Source: Escherichia phage 132
Strand: one strand, 5' to 3'
Sequence record: MZ417521
Length of the DNA stretch: 64,000 nucleotides
Under the pieces are notes generated by a model. It was not told the origin of the DNA. It did not search any database and was given only the letters and a program-made list of their open reading frames with translations. The position numbers and the translations under genes are program-made. Shown here one piece after another: positions 46,075 to 60,606 of this stretch (positions are counted from its first letter, which is position 1; each line of letters starts with the position of its first letter).

Positions 46075-46368
46075 ATGTCAGGATTAAGTTATGATAAGTG
46101 TGTTACTGCTGGCCATGAAGCGTGGCCTCCAACAGTTGTGAATGCCACACAAAGTAAAGTATTCACTGGAGGAATTGCTGTTCTCGTAGCAGGTGATCCA
46201 ATTACAGAACATACAGAAATTAAAAAGCCATATGAAACACATGGCGGAGTGACACAACCTAGAACTTCTAAGGTATATGTCACTGGAAAGAAAGCTGTTC
46301 AAATGGCTGATCCAATATCATGCGGTGATACTGTGGCTCAGGCATCATCTAAAGTATTCATTAAATAG
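46075..46368 (+). CDS. 5.4: PAAR-repeat spike-tip protein gp5.4
   Basis: 97 aa, small Gly-rich protein in the 5.4 position. Confidence 0.7.
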
Positions 46369-46376
46369 GATTCAAA

Positions 46377-48359
46377 ATGGCAAATACCCCTGTAAATTAT
46401 CAATTAACAAGAACAGCAAATGCTATTCCCGAGATATTCGTCGGGGGTACATTTGCTGAAATAAAACAAAACCTCATTGAATGGCTTAATGGTCAAAATG
46501 AATTTTTGGATTATGATTTTGAAGGCTCAAGATTAAACGTTCTGTGCGACCTTTTGGCTTATAACACATTATACATTCAGCAGTTTGGTAATGCTGCTGT
46601 GTATGAAAGCTTTATGCGTACTGCTAACTTACGTAGTTCAGTAGTTCAAGCTGCACAAGATAATGGATATTTACCTACTTCAAAATCAGCTGCTCAAACT
46701 GAAATTATGCTAACTTGTACAGATGCATTGAATAGAAATTACATTACTATTCCTCGCGGTACTCGCTTTTTAGCATATGCAAAGGATACTTCTGTTAATC
46801 CTTATAACTTTGTATCTACTGAAGATGTTATTGCTATTCGTGATAAAAATAACCAATATTTTCCACGTTTAAAATTGGCCCAAGGACGTATAGTAAGAAC
46901 TGAAATCATTTATGATAAATTAACACCTATTATCATTTATGACAAAAATATAGATAGAAACCAAGTTAAACTATACGTTGATGGAGCAGAATGGATTAAC
47001 TGGACAAGAAAGTCAATGGTTCATGCTGGTTCTACATCAACAATTTACTACATGCGTGAAACTATTGATGGAAATACTGAGTTTTATTTTGGTGAAGGCG
47101 AGATTTCTGTTAATGCGGCAGAAGGAGCATTGACTGCTAATTATATTGGAGGTCTTAAACCTACTCAGAACTCTACGATTGTTATTGAGTATATCAGTAC
47201 TAACGGTGCAGATGCGAATGGTGCAGTCGGATTTTCATACGCAGATACATTAACAAATATAACTGTCATCAATATTAACGAAAACCCAAACGATGACCCA
47301 GATTTTGTTGGGGCAGATGGCGGCGGCGATCCAGAAGATATTGAGCGTATTCGCGAATTGGGCACTATTAAACGCGAAACCCAGCAACGCTGCGTAACTG
47401 CAACCGACTATGATACATTCGTTTCAGAAAGATTCGGTTCTATTATTCAAGCGGTTCAGACTTTCACTGATTCTACTAAACCTGGTTATGCATTTATTGC
47501 TGCTAAACCTAAATCAGGACTATATTTAACTACTGTACAACGTGAAGATATTAAAAATTATCTCAAAGATTATAATTTAGCTCCTATTACACCATCAATT
47601 ATTTCTCCTAATTATCTTTTTGTTAAGACTAATTTAAAAGTCACATATGCTTTAAATAAGCTGCAAGAATCAGAACAGTGGCTAGAAGGTCAAATAATTG
47701 ATAAAATTGATCGTTATTATACCGAAGATGTAGAAATTTTTAACTCATCTTTTGCTAAATCTAAGATGTTGACATACGTAGATGATGCAGATCATTCTAT
47801 CATTGGCTCATCCGCGACAATTCAAATGGTTCGTGAAGTACAAAACTTCTATAAAACGCCTGAAGCAGGTATTAAATACAATAATCAAATAAAAGATCGT
47901 TCTATGGAATCTAATACGTTTTCATTTAATTCCGGACGAAAGGTTGTAAATCCTGATACTGGCTTAGAAGAAGATGTATTATATGACGTTCGTATAGTAT
48001 CAACAGACCGAGATTCTAAAGGAATTGGTAAAGTTATTATTGGTCCATTTGCTTCGGGTGATGTTACAGAAAATGAAAACATTCAGCCATATACAGGCAA
48101 TGATTTTAATAAATTAGCAAGTTCCGATGGACGCGACAAATACTACGTTATCGGTGAAATAAATTATCCAGCTGACATGATTTATTGGAATATCGCTAAA
48201 ATTAATTTAACATCCGATAAATTTGAGGTTCAGACTATTGAGCTATATTCTGATCCAATAGACGATGTTATTTTCACACGCGATGGTTCACTGATTGTAT
48301 TTGAAAATGATTTACGTCCACAATACTTAACTATCGATTTGGAGCCTATATCACAATGA
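46377..48359 (+). CDS. 6: Baseplate wedge protein gp6
   Basis: 660 aa (T4 gp6 length), syntenic. Confidence 0.9.
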   Translation: MANTPVNYQLTRTANAIPEIFVGGTFAEIKQNLIEWLNGQNEFLDYDFEGSRLNVLCDLLAYNTLYIQQFGNAAVYESFMRTANLRSSVVQAAQDNGYLPTSKSAAQTEIMLTCTDALNRNYITIPRGTRFLAYAKDTSVNPYNFVSTEDVIAIRDKNNQYFPRLKLAQGRIVRTEIIYDKLTPIIIYDKNIDRNQVKLYVDGAEWINWTRKSMVHAGSTSTIYYMRETIDGNTEFYFGEGEISVNAAEGALTANYIGGLKPTQNSTIVIEYISTNGADANGAVGFSYADTLTNITVININENPNDDPDFVGADGGGDPEDIERIRELGTIKRETQQRCVTATDYDTFVSERFGSIIQAVQTFTDSTKPGYAFIAAKPKSGLYLTTVQREDIKNYLKDYNLAPITPSIISPNYLFVKTNLKVTYALNKLQESEQWLEGQIIDKIDRYYTEDVEIFNSSFAKSKMLTYVDDADHSIIGSSATIQMVREVQNFYKTPEAGIKYNNQIKDRSMESNTFSFNSGRKVVNPDTGLEEDVLYDVRIVSTDRDSKGIGKVIIGPFASGDVTENENIQPYTGNDFNKLASSDGRDKYYVIGEINYPADMIYWNIAKINLTSDKFEVQTIELYSDPIDDVIFTRDGSLIVFENDLRPQYLTIDLEPISQ

Positions 48360-51300
48360 CAGTAAAAGCACCTTCAGTCACTAGTCTCAGAATTTCCAAG
48401 TTATCCGCAAATCAGGTGCAAGTACGCTGGGATGACGTTGGTGCTAATTTCTACTATTTTGTAGAAATCGCTGAGACAAAAACAAACTCGGGGGAAAATC
48501 TCCCGAGTAATCAATACAGATGGATTAACTTAGGATATACTGCAAATAACAGCTTCTTTTTTGATAATGCTAATCCATTGACATCGTACATTATTAGAGT
48601 AGCTACAGCTGCGCAGGATTTTGAGCAGTCTGATTGGATTTATACTGAAGAGTTTGAAACTTTTGCTACAAACGCTTATACATTTCAAAACATGATTGAA
48701 ATGCAATTAGCTAATAAATTCATTCAGGAAAAATTTACTCTTAATAATTCTGACTATGTCAATTTTAACAATGACACTATAATGGCTGCATTGATGAATG
48801 AATCGTTTCAATTCAGCCCATCATATGTTGATGTTTCATCAATAAGTAATTTTATTATTGGTGAAAATGAGTATCATGAAATACAAGGTTCTATTCAGCA
48901 AGTATGTAAGGATATTAACCGAGTTTATTTGATGGAATCAGAAGGGATTCTATATCTTTTTGAGCGTTATCAACCTGTAGTTAAAGTATCTAATGATAAA
49001 GGACAAACCTGGAAAGCTGTAAAGCTCTTCAATGACCGTGTAGGATATCCTTTATCTAAGACTGTATATTACCAATCTGCAAACACAACATACGTTCTAG
49101 GATACGACAAGATTTTCTATGGCCGCAAATCTACTGATGTTAGATGGTCAGCTGATGATGTCAGATTTAGTTCGCAGGATATAACATTTGCTAAACTTGG
49201 CGACCAATTACATCTAGGATTTGATGTAGAAATTTTTGCCACTTACGCGACTTTGCCAGCTAATGTATATCGCATTGCAGAAGCTATTACTTGCACTGAT
49301 GATTACATTTACGTTGTCGCCAGAGACAAAGTTAGATACATAAAAACGAGTAATGCACCTATAGATTCTGACCCATTATCTCCAACATATTCGGAACGGC
49401 TATTTGAACCTGATACGATGACTATAACCGGAAATCCTAAAGCAGTATGTTATAAAATGGATTCTATTGGTGATAAAGTTTTTGCTCTTATTATCGGAGA
49501 AGTTGAAACATTAAATGCTAATCCTAGAACATCAAAAATAATTGATTCTGCTGATAAAGGAATATATGTTTTAAATCATGCCACGAAAACATGGAAAAGA
49601 GTTTTTGGCAACACTGAAGAAGAAAGAAGACGTATTCAACCTGGATATGCGAATATGTCAACTGACGGTAAATTAGTTTCTCTATCTTCGAGTAATTTTA
49701 AATTTTTAAGTGATAACATTGTTAATGACCCTGAAACTGCGGTGAAGTATCAGTTAATCGGTGCTGTTAAATATGAATTTCCTCGTGAATGGCTAGCTGA
49801 TAAGCACTATCATATGATGGCATTTATAGCAGATGAAAAGTCTGATTGGGAAACTTTTACTCCTCAGCCGATGAAATACTATGCAGAACCATTCTTTAAC
49901 TGGTCTAAAAAATCTAACACACGTTGTTGGATAAACAACTCTGACAGAGCTGTAGTAGTTTATGCTGATTTAAAATACACTAAAGTTATAGAAAATATTC
50001 CTGAAACATCACCAGATAGATTAGTTCATGAATACTGGGATGATGGCGATTGTACTATAGTAATGCCAAATGTTAAATTCACGGGATTTAAAAAATACGC
50101 ATCTGGGATGCTTTTTTATAAGTCTTCTGGTGAAATAATTTCTTACTATGATTTTAACTATCGTGTTAGAGACACGGTTGAAATAATTTGGAAGCCAACT
50201 GAAATATTTTTAAAAGCATTTTTACAAAACCAAGAGCATGAAACTCCTTGGTCGCCTGAAGAAGAGCATGGATTAGCTGACCCTGATTTAAGACCATTGA
50301 TTGGCACAATGATGCCTGATTCTTATTTGCTACAGGATTCGAATTTTGAGGCATTTTGCGAAGCATATATTCAGTATCTTTCTGATGGATATGGAACTCA
50401 GTATAACAATTTACGAAATTTAATTCGTAACAAATATCCACGAGAAGAGCATGCATGGGAATATTTGTGGTCAGAGATATATAAAAGAAACATTTATTTA
50501 AATGCTGACAAACGCGATGCTGTTGCAAGATTTTTCGAATCACGTAGCTATGATTTTTATTCTACTAAAGGAATTGAAGCATCATACAAATTTCTTTTTA
50601 AAGTTCTTTATAATGAAGAGGTTGAAATTGAAATTGAGTCTGGGGCTGGTACTGAATATGATATAATCGTTCAATCTGATTCTTTGACTGAAGATTTAGT
50701 AGGACAAACGATTTATACAGCTACAGGAAGATGTAATGTTACTTATATAGAAAGAAGCTATTCTAATGGTAAATTGCAATGGACCGTAACTATTCATAAT
50801 CTTTTGGGAAGATTAATTGCCGGTCAAGAAGTTAAAGCAGAAAGACTCCCTAGTTTCGAAGGCGAAATTATTCGCGGGGTTAAAGGAAAGGATTTGCTTC
50901 AAAATAATATAGACTATATTAATAGAAGTAGATCATATTATGTAATGAAAATTAAATCCAATTTACCTTCTTCCCGCTGGAAATCTGACGTTATTCGTTT
51001 TGTTCATCCAGTAGGATTTGGATTTATAGCAATTACTCTTTTAACAATGTTTATTAATGTCGGTTTAACTCTTAAACATACAGAGACTATAATTAATAAA
51101 TACAAAAACTATAAATGGGATTCTGGATTGCCTACTGAATATGCTGATAGAGTAGCTAAATTAACTCCAACCGGCGAAATTGAGCATGACTCAGTAACAG
51201 GCGAAGCAATTTATGAACCTGGCCCAATGGCTGGTGTAGAATATCCTCTTCCTGATGACTATAATGCTGAAAATAATAATTCAATATTTCAAGGTCGATT

Positions 51301-51454
51301 GCCTTCTGAACGACGCAAGTTAATGAGTCCTCTATTTGATGCATCTGGAACAACATTTGCGCAATTTAGGGATTTAGTTAATAAACGTCTAAAAGATAAT
51401 ATAGGAAATCCAAGAGACCCTGAAAATCCAACACAGGTTAAAATAGATGAATGA
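48356..51454 (+). CDS. 7: Baseplate wedge initiator gp7
   Basis: 1032 aa (T4 gp7 length), ATGA overlap with gene 6. Confidence 0.9.
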   Translation: MTVKAPSVTSLRISKLSANQVQVRWDDVGANFYYFVEIAETKTNSGENLPSNQYRWINLGYTANNSFFFDNANPLTSYIIRVATAAQDFEQSDWIYTEEFETFATNAYTFQNMIEMQLANKFIQEKFTLNNSDYVNFNNDTIMAALMNESFQFSPSYVDVSSISNFIIGENEYHEIQGSIQQVCKDINRVYLMESEGILYLFERYQPVVKVSNDKGQTWKAVKLFNDRVGYPLSKTVYYQSANTTYVLGYDKIFYGRKSTDVRWSADDVRFSSQDITFAKLGDQLHLGFDVEIFATYATLPANVYRIAEAITCTDDYIYVVARDKVRYIKTSNAPIDSDPLSPTYSERLFEPDTMTITGNPKAVCYKMDSIGDKVFALIIGEVETLNANPRTSKIIDSADKGIYVLNHATKTWKRVFGNTEEERRRIQPGYANMSTDGKLVSLSSSNFKFLSDNIVNDPETAVKYQLIGAVKYEFPREWLADKHYHMMAFIADEKSDWETFTPQPMKYYAEPFFNWSKKSNTRCWINNSDRAVVVYADLKYTKVIENIPETSPDRLVHEYWDDGDCTIVMPNVKFTGFKKYASGMLFYKSSGEIISYYDFNYRVRDTVEIIWKPTEIFLKAFLQNQEHETPWSPEEEHGLADPDLRPLIGTMMPDSYLLQDSNFEAFCEAYIQYLSDGYGTQYNNLRNLIRNKYPREEHAWEYLWSEIYKRNIYLNADKRDAVARFFESRSYDFYSTKGIEASYKFLFKVLYNEEVEIEIESGAGTEYDIIVQSDSLTEDLVGQTIYTATGRCNVTYIERSYSNGKLQWTVTIHNLLGRLIAGQEVKAERLPSFEGEIIRGVKGKDLLQNNIDYINRSRSYYVMKIKSNLPSSRWKSDVIRFVHPVGFGFIAITLLTMFINVGLTLKHTETIINKYKNYKWDSGLPTEYADRVAKLTPTGEIEHDSVTGEAIYEPGPMAGVEYPLPDDYNAENNNSIFQGRLPSERRKLMSPLFDASGTTFAQFRDLVNKRLKDNIGNPRDPENPTQVKIDE

Positions 51455-52451
51455 TTCAAGTGTTATCTATCGTGCGATAGTTACTTCAAAATTTAGAACA
51501 GAAAAAATGTTGAATTTTTATAATTCAATTGGAAGTGGTCCGGATAAAAACACTATCTTTATTACATTTGGAAGATCAGAACCGTGGTCATCAAACGAAA
51601 ATGAGGTGGGATTTGCCCCACCTTATCCCACCGATTCTGTGTTAGGTGTAACTGACATGTGGACTCATATGATGGGAACCGTGAAGGTTCTTCCATCTAT
51701 GCTTGATGCAGTTATTCCTCGTCGAGATTGGGGAGATACTAGATATCCGGATCCATACACATTTAGAATTAACGATATTGTAGTGTGTAACTCAGCTCCT
51801 TACAACGCTACCGAATCAGGCGCAGGCTGGTTAGTATATCGTTGTTTAGATGTTCCTGATACTGGAATGTGCTCAATTGAGTCTTTAACTAATAAGGATG
51901 AATGCCTTAAGCTAGGTGGAAAATGGACTCCTTCTGTTAGGTCAATGACTCCTCCTGAAGGTCGAGGAGACGCGGAAGGAACAATCGAACCTGGAGACGG
52001 GTATGTATGGGAATATCTTTTTGAGATTCCGCCTGATGTATCTATAAACAGATGCACGAATGAATATATCGTGGTTCCTTGGCCCGAGGAATTAAAAGAA
52101 GACCCGACTAGATGGGGGTATGAAGATAACCTCACTTGGCAGCAAGATGATTTTGGATTAATTTACCGGGTTAAGGCAAATACTATTCGTTTTAAAGCAT
52201 ACTTAGATTCAGTTTATTTTCCTGAAGCTGCATTGCCAGGAAATAAAGGATTTAGACAAATATCGATAATCACGAATCCTCTTGAAGCTAAAGTTCATCC
52301 AAATGACCCAAACGTTAAAGCTGAAAAGGATTACTATGATCCGGAAGATTTAATGAGGCATTCGGGCGAAATGATTTATATGGAAAATAGGCCACCTATT
52401 ATTATGGCAATGGATCAAACAGAAGAAATCAATATTCTGTTTACATTTTAA
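51447..52451 (+). CDS. 8: Baseplate wedge protein gp8
   Basis: 334 aa; followed by a strong terminator. Confidence 0.9.
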   Translation: MNDSSVIYRAIVTSKFRTEKMLNFYNSIGSGPDKNTIFITFGRSEPWSSNENEVGFAPPYPTDSVLGVTDMWTHMMGTVKVLPSMLDAVIPRRDWGDTRYPDPYTFRINDIVVCNSAPYNATESGAGWLVYRCLDVPDTGMCSIESLTNKDECLKLGGKWTPSVRSMTPPEGRGDAEGTIEPGDGYVWEYLFEIPPDVSINRCTNEYIVVPWPEELKEDPTRWGYEDNLTWQQDDFGLIYRVKANTIRFKAYLDSVYFPEAALPGNKGFRQISIITNPLEAKVHPNDPNVKAEKDYYDPEDLMRHSGEMIYMENRPPIIMAMDQTEEINILFTF

Positions 52452-52456
52452 ATTAA

Positions 52457-52483
52457 GGGAGCCCATGGGCTCCCTTTTTCTTT
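52457..52483 (+). terminator. Intrinsic terminator after gene 8
   Basis: Perfect 18-nt palindrome GGGAGCCCA|TGGGCTCCC followed by TTTTTCTTT. Confidence 0.75.
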
Positions 52484-52490
52484 ATAAATA
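52483..52490 (+). promoter_or_regulatory. Late promoter (TATAAATA) for gene 9
   Basis: Exact TATAAATA directly after the gene 8 terminator, 24 nt upstream of the gene 9 ATG. Confidence 0.65.
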
Positions 52491-52514
52491 CTATAAACTC
52501 ATAAGGAAACCGCT

Positions 52515-53381
52515 ATGTTCATTCAAGAACCAAAGAAATTGATTGATACCGGCGAAATTGGTAACGCTTCTACTGGTGATATCTTATTCGACGGTGGTAA
52601 TAAAATTAATAGTGATTTTAATGCAATTTATAACGCGTTTGGCGATCAGCGTAAAATGGCAGTAGCAAATGGTACTGGTGCTGACGGCCAAATTATCCAT
52701 GCTACTGGATATTATCAAAAGCATTCTATCACAGAGTACGCAACTCCAGTAAAAGTTGGCACTAGACATGATATTGATACCTCTGCTGTTGGTGTTAAAG
52801 TTATCATTGAAAGAGGAGAACTCGGCGACTGTGTTGAATTCATTAATTCTAATGGATCGATATCAGTTACTAATCCTTTAACAATTCAAGCCATTGATTC
52901 AATTAAAGGTGTTTCGGGTAATTTGGTAGTAACTAGCCCATATAGTAAAGTAACTTTGCGCTGTATTTCATCTGATAATTCTACGTCAGTTTGGAATTAT
53001 TCTATTGAAAGTATGTTTGGCCAAAAGGAATCACCTGCCGAAGGTACATGGAATATTTCTACATCTGGATCAGTTGACATTCCATTATTTCATCGTACTG
53101 AATACAATATGGCTAAATTGCTAGTTACTTGTCAATCGGTAGATGGAAGAAAAATTAAAACGGCAGAAATAAATATTCTTGTAGATACTGTTAATTCAAC
53201 GGTCATTTCTTCTGAATATGCTGTCATGCGGGTTGGGAATGAAACCGAAGAAGACGAAATCGCTAATATTGCATTTAGTATTAAAGAAAATTATGTAACG
53301 GCGACTATAAGTTCTTCAACTGTCGGTATGAGAGCAGCAGTTAAAGTTATCGCTACGCAGAAAATCGGGGTGGCTCAATAA
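52515..53381 (+). CDS. 9: Baseplate wedge / long tail fiber attachment protein gp9
   Basis: 288 aa; TATAAATA late promoter and AAGGAAA SD upstream. Confidence 0.9.
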   Translation: MFIQEPKKLIDTGEIGNASTGDILFDGGNKINSDFNAIYNAFGDQRKMAVANGTGADGQIIHATGYYQKHSITEYATPVKVGTRHDIDTSAVGVKVIIERGELGDCVEFINSNGSISVTNPLTIQAIDSIKGVSGNLVVTSPYSKVTLRCISSDNSTSVWNYSIESMFGQKESPAEGTWNISTSGSVDIPLFHRTEYNMAKLLVTCQSVDGRKIKTAEINILVDTVNSTVISSEYAVMRVGNETEEDEIANIAFSIKENYVTATISSSTVGMRAAVKVIATQKIGVAQ

Positions 53382-55186
53382 TGAAACAAAATATTAATAT
53401 CGGTAATGTTGTTGATGATGGTACCGGTGACTACCTGCGTAAAGGTGGTATAAAAATAAATGAAAACTTTGATGAACTTTATTATGAACTTGGTGATGGA
53501 GATGTTCCATATTCAGCCGGTGCCTGGAAAACTTATGATGCTTCATCTGGACAAACACTAACGGCAGAATGGGGAAAATCATATGCCATTAATACTTCGT
53601 CTGGAAGAGTAACTCTACAACTTCCTAAAGGAACTGTTAATGATTACAACAAGGTAATTAGAGCTAGAGACGTATTCGCTACATGGAACATCAATCCAGT
53701 TACTTTAGTAGCTGCTTCCGGAGATACAATTAAAGGGTCGTCATCGTCAGTTGAAATTAATATTCAATTTAGCGATTTAGAGCTCGTTTATTGCGCTCCA
53801 GGACGTTGGGAATATGTCAAAAACAAACAAATTGACAAAATTGTTAGTTCAGATATTAGTAATGTAGCTCGCAAAGAATTTTTAGTTGAAGTTCAAGGAC
53901 AAACTGACTTTTTAGATGTTTTCAATGGAACTAGTTATAATGTCAATAACATCAGAGTAAAACATCGTGGTAACGAATTGTATTACGGTGATGTATTTAG
54001 CGAAAACAGTGACTTTGGCTCTCCGGGCGAAAATGAAGGCGAATTAGTTCCTCTTGATGGATTTAATATTAGGCTAAGACAGCCATGTAATATTGGTGAC
54101 ACCGTTCAAATTGAAACATTTATGGATGGTGTATCACAATGGAGAAGTTCATATACAAGACGCCAAATAAAAGTACTAGATTCAAAACTAACATCAAAGA
54201 CTTCTTTAGAAGGAAGCATTTATGTTACTGATTTATCGGCGATGAAATCAATTCCATTTTCTGCATTTGGATTAATTTCTGGTGAACCTATTAATCCTAA
54301 CTCTCTTGAGGTTCGTTTTAATGGAATTTTACAGCAGCAGGCTGGAACAGCTGGATATCCTCTGTTTTTGTGTGAAGGCGCTAATTCAGATACGCAAGAA
54401 GGATGTATATCTCTTGGTGGCGAATGGAAAGAATCAAACACGGATTATTCTATAGAATATGAAGACGGAAAACCTATCAGTCTTTTATTTGATAGAAAAT
54501 TTGAATCCGGCGACATTATCGTTATAACATGGTTCAATAATGATTTAGGAACTCTTTTAGAAAAAGATGACATTATTGAATTAACGGATGACCGTTATGT
54601 TAGCAAAGGATCATCTACCGAAGTTACTGGTGATGTAGCCTTAACCGATTTTGATAAAATCGGTTGGCCAAATGTTGAAAAAGTTGATTCTTATACTAGA
54701 ACGTATAATTCAATATCATCTATTTTCGATAGCATTTATCCTGTAGGTTCAATTTATGAAAATGCTATAAATCCAAATAATCCGGTGACTTATATGGGAT
54801 TTGGTTCATGGAAATTATTTGGTAAAGGACAAGTTTTAGTAGGATGGAATGATGATGTTACGGATCCAAACTTTGCTTTAAACAATAATGATTTAGATTC
54901 TAGCGGAAATCCTTCACATACTGCCGGTGGAACGGTTGGAACAACAACGGTGACACTTGAAAACGCAAATCTTCCTGCGACTAAAACCGACGAAAGAGTT
55001 TTAATTGAAGACGAAAATGGATCGGTTATTATTGGGGGTTGCCAATATGACCCAGATGAAACTGGTCCTATATATACAAAATATCGTGAAGATTACGCAA
55101 CAACAAACTCTTCACATACTCCTCCTGCTAATATTAGTAATATTCAACCGTCTATTACTGTATACCGTTGGATAAGGATTGCATAA
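53381..55186 (+). CDS. 10: Baseplate wedge / short tail fiber attachment protein gp10
   Basis: 601 aa; TAATG overlap with gene 9. Confidence 0.9.
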   Translation: MKQNINIGNVVDDGTGDYLRKGGIKINENFDELYYELGDGDVPYSAGAWKTYDASSGQTLTAEWGKSYAINTSSGRVTLQLPKGTVNDYNKVIRARDVFATWNINPVTLVAASGDTIKGSSSSVEINIQFSDLELVYCAPGRWEYVKNKQIDKIVSSDISNVARKEFLVEVQGQTDFLDVFNGTSYNVNNIRVKHRGNELYYGDVFSENSDFGSPGENEGELVPLDGFNIRLRQPCNIGDTVQIETFMDGVSQWRSSYTRRQIKVLDSKLTSKTSLEGSIYVTDLSAMKSIPFSAFGLISGEPINPNSLEVRFNGILQQQAGTAGYPLFLCEGANSDTQEGCISLGGEWKESNTDYSIEYEDGKPISLLFDRKFESGDIIVITWFNNDLGTLLEKDDIIELTDDRYVSKGSSTEVTGDVALTDFDKIGWPNVEKVDSYTRTYNSISSIFDSIYPVGSIYENAINPNNPVTYMGFGSWKLFGKGQVLVGWNDDVTDPNFALNNNDLDSSGNPSHTAGGTVGTTTVTLENANLPATKTDERVLIEDENGSVIIGGCQYDPDETGPIYTKYREDYATTNSSHTPPANISNIQPSITVYRWIRIA

Positions 55187-55845
55187 TGAGTTTACTTAAT
55201 AATAAAGCGGGAGTTATTTCCCGCTTAGCAGATTTTCTTGGTTTTAGAACTAAGAAAAATGATATTTCGGTTATGAATAATCAGCCAGTAGGTGCTGTAA
55301 CAATTTCACAAATAGCAAAAGGTTTTTATGACCCAAATGTAGAATCTGCTATCAATGATGTTAGAAATATGGCAGAGCAACAGGTTGGAGCTGTATTAGT
55401 TAATATAAGTGGCGTATCTCCTACTGGCGTGCAGCAAACAGACTATTGGTCATTTGAAGGAACTGTCAATGATACTTCAGCCAAACCAGGTGACCCAGTT
55501 ATTGTTAACATGTTTGGCATTCCTGTTAAAGCTACTAATGGAATGACTTCAATCGAATTTACCAGTGCCGTTAGAACAGCTCTGCAGGAAATGGTTGCAA
55601 AATTTATTGCAATTGATTCATTTGAAGACCATCCTACCATAGGAAATAAAATACAAGTTAAGTATTTAGATAACCAAGAACATATCTTAGAACAATACTC
55701 TGATAAAGGAATTACTTTCAAACAAGAAATAATTTCTCCTTCTAAACCTGGATACGGAACTTGGCAATTATTAGGTGCGCAAACTGTCACGCTAGATAGT
55801 CACACACAACCTACGGTATTTTATTATTTTGAGAGAATAGCATGA
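55186..55845 (+). CDS. 11: Baseplate wedge protein gp11
   Basis: 219 aa from [20 protein letters not shown] (T4 gp11 length); TAATG overlap with gene 10. Confidence 0.9.
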   Translation: MSLLNNKAGVISRLADFLGFRTKKNDISVMNNQPVGAVTISQIAKGFYDPNVESAINDVRNMAEQQVGAVLVNISGVSPTGVQQTDYWSFEGTVNDTSAKPGDPVIVNMFGIPVKATNGMTSIEFTSAVRTALQEMVAKFIAIDSFEDHPTIGNKIQVKYLDNQEHILEQYSDKGITFKQEIISPSKPGYGTWQLLGAQTVTLDSHTQPTVFYYFERIA

Positions 55846-57392
55846 GTAACAATACATATCAGCACGTATCAAATGAATCAAAATATGTTAAATTCGATCC
55901 AGTAGGATCGAATTTTCCTGACACTGTCACGACAGTGCAGTCTGCATTATCAAAAATAAGTAATATCGGTGTAAATGGTATTCCTGATGCAACTATGGAA
56001 GTTAAAGGAATAGCAATGATTGCGTCAGAGCAAGAGGTTTTAGATGGAACTAATAATTCTAAAATCGTTACACCAGCTACATTAGCAACAAGATTATTGT
56101 ATCCAAATGCTACTGAAACTAAGTATGGTTTAACGCGCTATTCAACAAATGAAGAAACATTAGAAGGCTCAGATAATAATTCATCAATAACGCCGCAAAA
56201 ACTGAAATACCATACTGACGATGTGTTCCAAAATAGATATTCGTCTGAGTCATCAAACGGGGTTATTAAAATATCATCAACACCTGCAGCTTTAGCTGGA
56301 GTTGATGATACTACGGCAATGACTCCATTAAAAACGCAAAAACTTGCAATAAAATTAATTTCACAAATAGCTCCTTCCGAAGATACTGCATCAGAATCTG
56401 TGAGAGGTGTAGTTCAATTATCTACTGTTGCGCAAACTCGTCAAGGAACTCTCCGCGAAGGATATGCAATTTCTCCGTATACCTTTATGAATTCTGTTGC
56501 AACACAAGAATATAAGGGTGTTATACGTTTAGGAACACAATCGGAAATTAACAGTAATTTAGGAGATGTTGCAGTAACAGGTGAAACACTAAATGGTCGA
56601 GGAGCTACTGGTTCTATGCGTGGGGTGGTAAAATTAACGACGCAAGCCGGTATTGCCCCCGAGGGTGATAGCTCTGGAGCATTAGCATGGAACGCAGATG
56701 TAATTAATACTCGTGGTGGACAAACTATTAATGGTTCTTTAAATTTAGACCATCTTACAGCAAACGGAATTTGGTCACGCGGCGGTATGTGGAAAAATGG
56801 CGATCAACCTGTTGCCACTGAAAGATATGCGTCCGAAAGAGTTCCAGTTGGAACTATTATGATGTTTGCGGGTGATTCAGCACCTCCGGGTTGGATTATG
56901 TGCCACGGCGGAACCGTGTCAGGAGATCAATATCCTGATTATAGAAACACAGTTGGAACAAGATTTGGTGGTGATTGGAATAACCCTGGCATTCCTGATA
57001 TGCGAGGTCTTTTCGTCAGAGGAGCTGGCACGGGCGGTCATATTTTAAATCAACGAGGACAAGATGGCTATGGGAAGGATAGACTTGGTGTAGGATGTGA
57101 CGGAATGCATGTTGGTGGTGTTCAGGCACAACAAATGTCATACCATAAACATGCTGGTGGTTGGGGTGAATATAACAGAAGTGAAGGCCCATTTGGCGCG
57201 TCAGTTTATCAAGGATATCTTGGAACTAGAAAATATTCCGACTGGGATAATGCTTCATACTTCACTAATGATGGATTTGAATTAGGTGGACCGAGAGATG
57301 CTCATGGTACACTTAATCGTGAAGGATTAATTGGTTATGAAACTAGACCATGGAATATATCATTAAACTATATTATTAAAGTTCATTACTAA
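55842..57392 (+). CDS. 12: Short tail fiber gp12
   Basis: 516 aa; syntenic between 11 and wac. Confidence 0.9.
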   Translation: MSNNTYQHVSNESKYVKFDPVGSNFPDTVTTVQSALSKISNIGVNGIPDATMEVKGIAMIASEQEVLDGTNNSKIVTPATLATRLLYPNATETKYGLTRYSTNEETLEGSDNNSSITPQKLKYHTDDVFQNRYSSESSNGVIKISSTPAALAGVDDTTAMTPLKTQKLAIKLISQIAPSEDTASESVRGVVQLSTVAQTRQGTLREGYAISPYTFMNSVATQEYKGVIRLGTQSEINSNLGDVAVTGETLNGRGATGSMRGVVKLTTQAGIAPEGDSSGALAWNADVINTRGGQTINGSLNLDHLTANGIWSRGGMWKNGDQPVATERYASERVPVGTIMMFAGDSAPPGWIMCHGGTVSGDQYPDYRNTVGTRFGGDWNNPGIPDMRGLFVRGAGTGGHILNQRGQDGYGKDRLGVGCDGMHVGGVQAQQMSYHKHAGGWGEYNRSEGPFGASVYQGYLGTRKYSDWDNASYFTNDGFELGGPRDAHGTLNREGLIGYETRPWNISLNYIIKVHY

Positions 57393-57401
57393 GGATTACA
57401 A

Positions 57402-58859
57402 ATGATTGAATTAAAAGAGTTACCTTTTGTTGATAGCGTTCCTGGCGAAGGTCAGGAACGTATTTCATGGATTAAAAATGGTGAAGAAATATTAGGAGCT
57501 AGTACTAAGTATGGAAACGATGGGTCAATGAATAGACCAACTGTTTCCGTGTTTAAAAATGTCGAGGTTCTCGACGAAAATGTAGGAATTCTTAAAACTG
57601 CCATTGAAACATCTCAGGAAGATATTAAAACCATTCAAGGCATTTTAGATGTATCAGGAGATATAGAAGCGCTATCACAGATCAGCATTAATAAAAATGA
57701 TATATCAAATTTAAAGACACTCACGAATGAACACACTGATATATTAAATGGCACAAATACTACGGTTGATAATATTCTTTCTGATATTGGTCCATTTAAT
57801 TCGCAAGCAAATTCAGTTTATAGAACGATTAGAAATGATTTGTTATGGATTAAAAGAGAATTAGGACAATATGCTGGGCAAGACATTAATGGTCTTCCTG
57901 TTGTAGGAAATAGCAGCACGGGTATGAAGCACCGCATCATTAATAATACAGATGCTATAACTTCCCAAGGAATACGTCTAAGTGATTTGGAAGAAAAATT
58001 TATTGAATCTGATGTAGGTTCACTGACAATTGAAGTCGGAAATCTTAGACAAGAACTTGGACAAAGACCATCTTCATTCAGTGAAAGCATATATTCACGT
58101 GTTCATAATTTAGATCAATCGCAGATTAATCTTAGTTCCGAAATTAAATCTATCAAAACTTCTATTGGATATCCAGGAAATACTTCAATAATCACAGATG
58201 TTAACACTAATACACGAGAAGTTTCAGCTTTAAATGATGAACTAAATAAAAGCGGAGGTATTAAACAACGATTGACTGTCATTGAAACGTCAATTGGCTC
58301 AGATGATATTCCTTCTAGTATTAAAGGTAGAATTAAAGATAATACCACATCAATTGAGTTTTTAAATGGAATTGTTGGTGAAAACACTTCATCTGGACTA
58401 CGAGCAAACGTTTCATGGCTAAACCAAATCGTTGGAACTGATTCTAGTGGAGGTCAGCCTTCTCCTCCTGGGTCTCTTTTAAATAGGGTTTCAACTGTTG
58501 AAACTTCAGTTAATAGACTGAACAATGATGTTCAAAACTTACAAGTTGAAATTGGTAATAACACTACTGGAATTAAAGGCCAAGTTGTTGCACTAAATAA
58601 ACTAGTAAGCGGCACAAATCCAAATGGTTCAACAGTAGAAGAGCGCGGATTAACTAATTCAATAAAAGCTAATGAAACTAACATTTCTTCTATTAATCAA
58701 GAAATGCGTAGTATTAAAAGTAATGTATCTTCATTACAGGGGGATGTTCAGACTTTACAGGAAGCAGGTTATATTCCTGAAGCTCCAAAAGATGGCCAAG
58801 CTTACGTTCGTAAAGACGGCGAATGGGTACTACTTTCTACCTTTTTATCACCAGCATAA
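57402..58859 (+). CDS. wac: Fibritin (whisker antigen control), trimeric coiled coil with C-terminal foldon
   Basis: 485 aa; heptad repeats; C-terminus [27 protein letters not shown] is the foldon motif. Confidence 0.9.
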   Translation: MIELKELPFVDSVPGEGQERISWIKNGEEILGASTKYGNDGSMNRPTVSVFKNVEVLDENVGILKTAIETSQEDIKTIQGILDVSGDIEALSQISINKNDISNLKTLTNEHTDILNGTNTTVDNILSDIGPFNSQANSVYRTIRNDLLWIKRELGQYAGQDINGLPVVGNSSTGMKHRIINNTDAITSQGIRLSDLEEKFIESDVGSLTIEVGNLRQELGQRPSSFSESIYSRVHNLDQSQINLSSEIKSIKTSIGYPGNTSIITDVNTNTREVSALNDELNKSGGIKQRLTVIETSIGSDDIPSSIKGRIKDNTTSIEFLNGIVGENTSSGLRANVSWLNQIVGTDSSGGQPSPPGSLLNRVSTVETSVNRLNNDVQNLQVEIGNNTTGIKGQVVALNKLVSGTNPNGSTVEERGLTNSIKANETNISSINQEMRSIKSNVSSLQGDVQTLQEAGYIPEAPKDGQAYVRKDGEWVLLSTFLSPA

Positions 58860-58862
58860 CAT

Positions 58863-58890
58863 GGGGCCGCAAGGCCCCAAAGGATTTTTA
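58863..58890 (+). terminator. Intrinsic terminator after wac
   Basis: GGGGCC-GCAA-GGCCCC hairpin followed by AAAGGATTTTT. Confidence 0.45.
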
Positions 58891-58891
58891 A

Positions 58892-60591
<1,700 letters not shown>

Positions 60592-60593
<2 letters not shown>

Positions 60594-60606
60594 TAAATAT
60601 TATAAA
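60592..60606 (+). promoter_or_regulatory. Late-promoter-like sequence upstream of gene 15
   Basis: AATAAATA / TATAAAC, near-matches to TATAAATA, about 30 nt upstream of the gene 15 ATG. Confidence 0.25.

Noticed and set aside
44069-58387. Minus-strand ORFs inside the late structural genes (e.g. 44069..44278, 47165..47365, 50166..50543, 51800..52135, 57818..58387)
   Set aside because: Antisense to long structural genes with no regulatory signals; typical spurious ORFs.
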